Of a DNA stretch of 32,000 nucleotides, positions 31,586 to 32,000 are shown piece by piece. The notes beneath the pieces were generated by a model. It had not been told where the DNA came from. It was given only the letters and a program-made list of their open reading frames with translations, and did not search any database. The DNA comes from Mucisphaera calidilacus (GTDB lineage Bacteria > Planctomycetota > Phycisphaerae > Phycisphaerales > Phycisphaeraceae). The number at the start of each line of letters is the position of its first letter. Position 1 is the stretch's first letter. The DNA lies in contig NZ_CP036280.1 in the NCBI RefSeq assembly GCF_007748075.1, positions 3,454,542 through 3,486,541 on the forward strand. Reading direction: 5' to 3'. The position numbers were made by a program, and so were the translations under genes.

Positions 31586-32000
31586 AACCCTGTGAATCGC
31601 GGGGTTTTCCACGGGTTATGCGTGAGGGTTCGGCGTGGCGTGGAAAAAAAGAAATCAAGTCAATAACTGCATGATTCACAATGGGCTGGAATGGGTATGC
31701 GGGTTGCGGAGGCTGTTCCCCCGGTTGAAGCGGAGGGCGTGTGTCTCTAAGTTTGGGCTTGCGTCGCTGGATGGACGCACGTGAACTTGTTGAAGGACAC
31801 ATCTCATGGTCGAGCACGGCTTGAAGTCTCAGAGAATTGGCCTGTTGTCACAGGCCGTGCCCGGCACGCCGGACGGACCCGGTTTTCAGGGGCAATCCTG
31901 CCTGAGAGGGCGGGTGAGCCAGCACACGGCACAGCGCCACACCTGATGTTCGCGGGGGGCGTCGTGTGAGCCCCACGCCTAACCAATAAGGGTCCATGCC

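Noticed and set aside
31585-31608. Possible intrinsic terminator after the GNAT gene (AAACCC-11 nt-GGGTTT then TCC).
   Set aside because: The stem has only 3 G:C pairs and the loop is 11 nt. The T-run is consumed by the stem, which makes this too weak to call as a feature.
31581-31680. Possible oriC or dif site. TTTTCCACG and its inverted copy match the DnaA-box consensus TTWTNCACA at 8/9. TTATGCG resembles part of the XerC arm of dif. The surrounding segment is AT-richer.
   Set aside because: There are only two good DnaA-like boxes, both explained by one hairpin. The XerD arm of dif is absent. No dnaA/dnaN context is visible. A skew sign change cannot be established from 200 nt. I kept this only as an alternative hypothesis in the right-edge finding.
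31887-31950. TPP-riboswitch-like fragments on the + strand (GGGGC...CUGAGA...ACCUGAU).
   Set aside because: There is no room for the P3 hairpin between GGGGC and CUGAGA. The ACCC that closes P2 is missing, as are the P4/P5 UAAU...GCG.AGGGA elements. I treat it as a coincidental partial match. Infernal should still be run.
31920-32000. Possible tRNA or tmRNA 3' end at the right edge, on either strand.
   Set aside because: No GTTCRANYC T-loop is present. The putative D-arm and anticodon stems do not pair canonically, and position 33 of the best anticodon loop is not U.
1-32000. Visual scan for CRISPR arrays, rRNA, IS elements, transposases and integrases.
   Set aside because: I saw no regularly spaced direct repeats of 24-40 nt, no rRNA-like conserved blocks, and no ORF with DDE, tyrosine-recombinase or serine-recombinase motifs.

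Overview
High-GC (about 64% from hand-sampled lines) bacterial chromosomal segment, densely coding with about 40 CDS, Gram-negative type (lipoboxes, a beta-barrel outer-membrane protein). It could be Planctomycetota/Phycisphaerae-like, but I cannot verify that. Most genes are housekeeping: the iscR-iscS-iscU-iscA Fe-S operon, der, tsaB, trpD, panC, prmC, a stand-alone coaB, a short-LID adenylate-kinase-like gene and a TlyA-like methyltransferase. Accessory modules are mixed in: DarT-DarG in a lower-GC patch cut by the left edge, VapB-VapC, arsR-arsM, an orphan Hpt plus REC-GGDEF pair, a GHL10 lipoprotein, a heparinase II/III-like protein, Nudix, AraC, several secreted or lipoprotein hypotheticals, and an extremely acidic protein paired with a basic protein. 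I found no rRNA, tRNA, CRISPR array, transposase or integrase. The most unusual signal is compositional. The + strand is strongly G>C and T>A in genes of both orientations, so codon usage is mirrored between the strands. This also explains the many long spurious ORFs in the six-frame track. The asymmetry collapses in the last ~200 nt, a non-coding hairpin-rich block of unknown identity. No clearly new multi-gene system can be demonstrated from sequence alone. The best candidates for follow-up are the acidic/basic cassette (22936-23779), the right-edge non-coding block, and the context of the DarTG patch.
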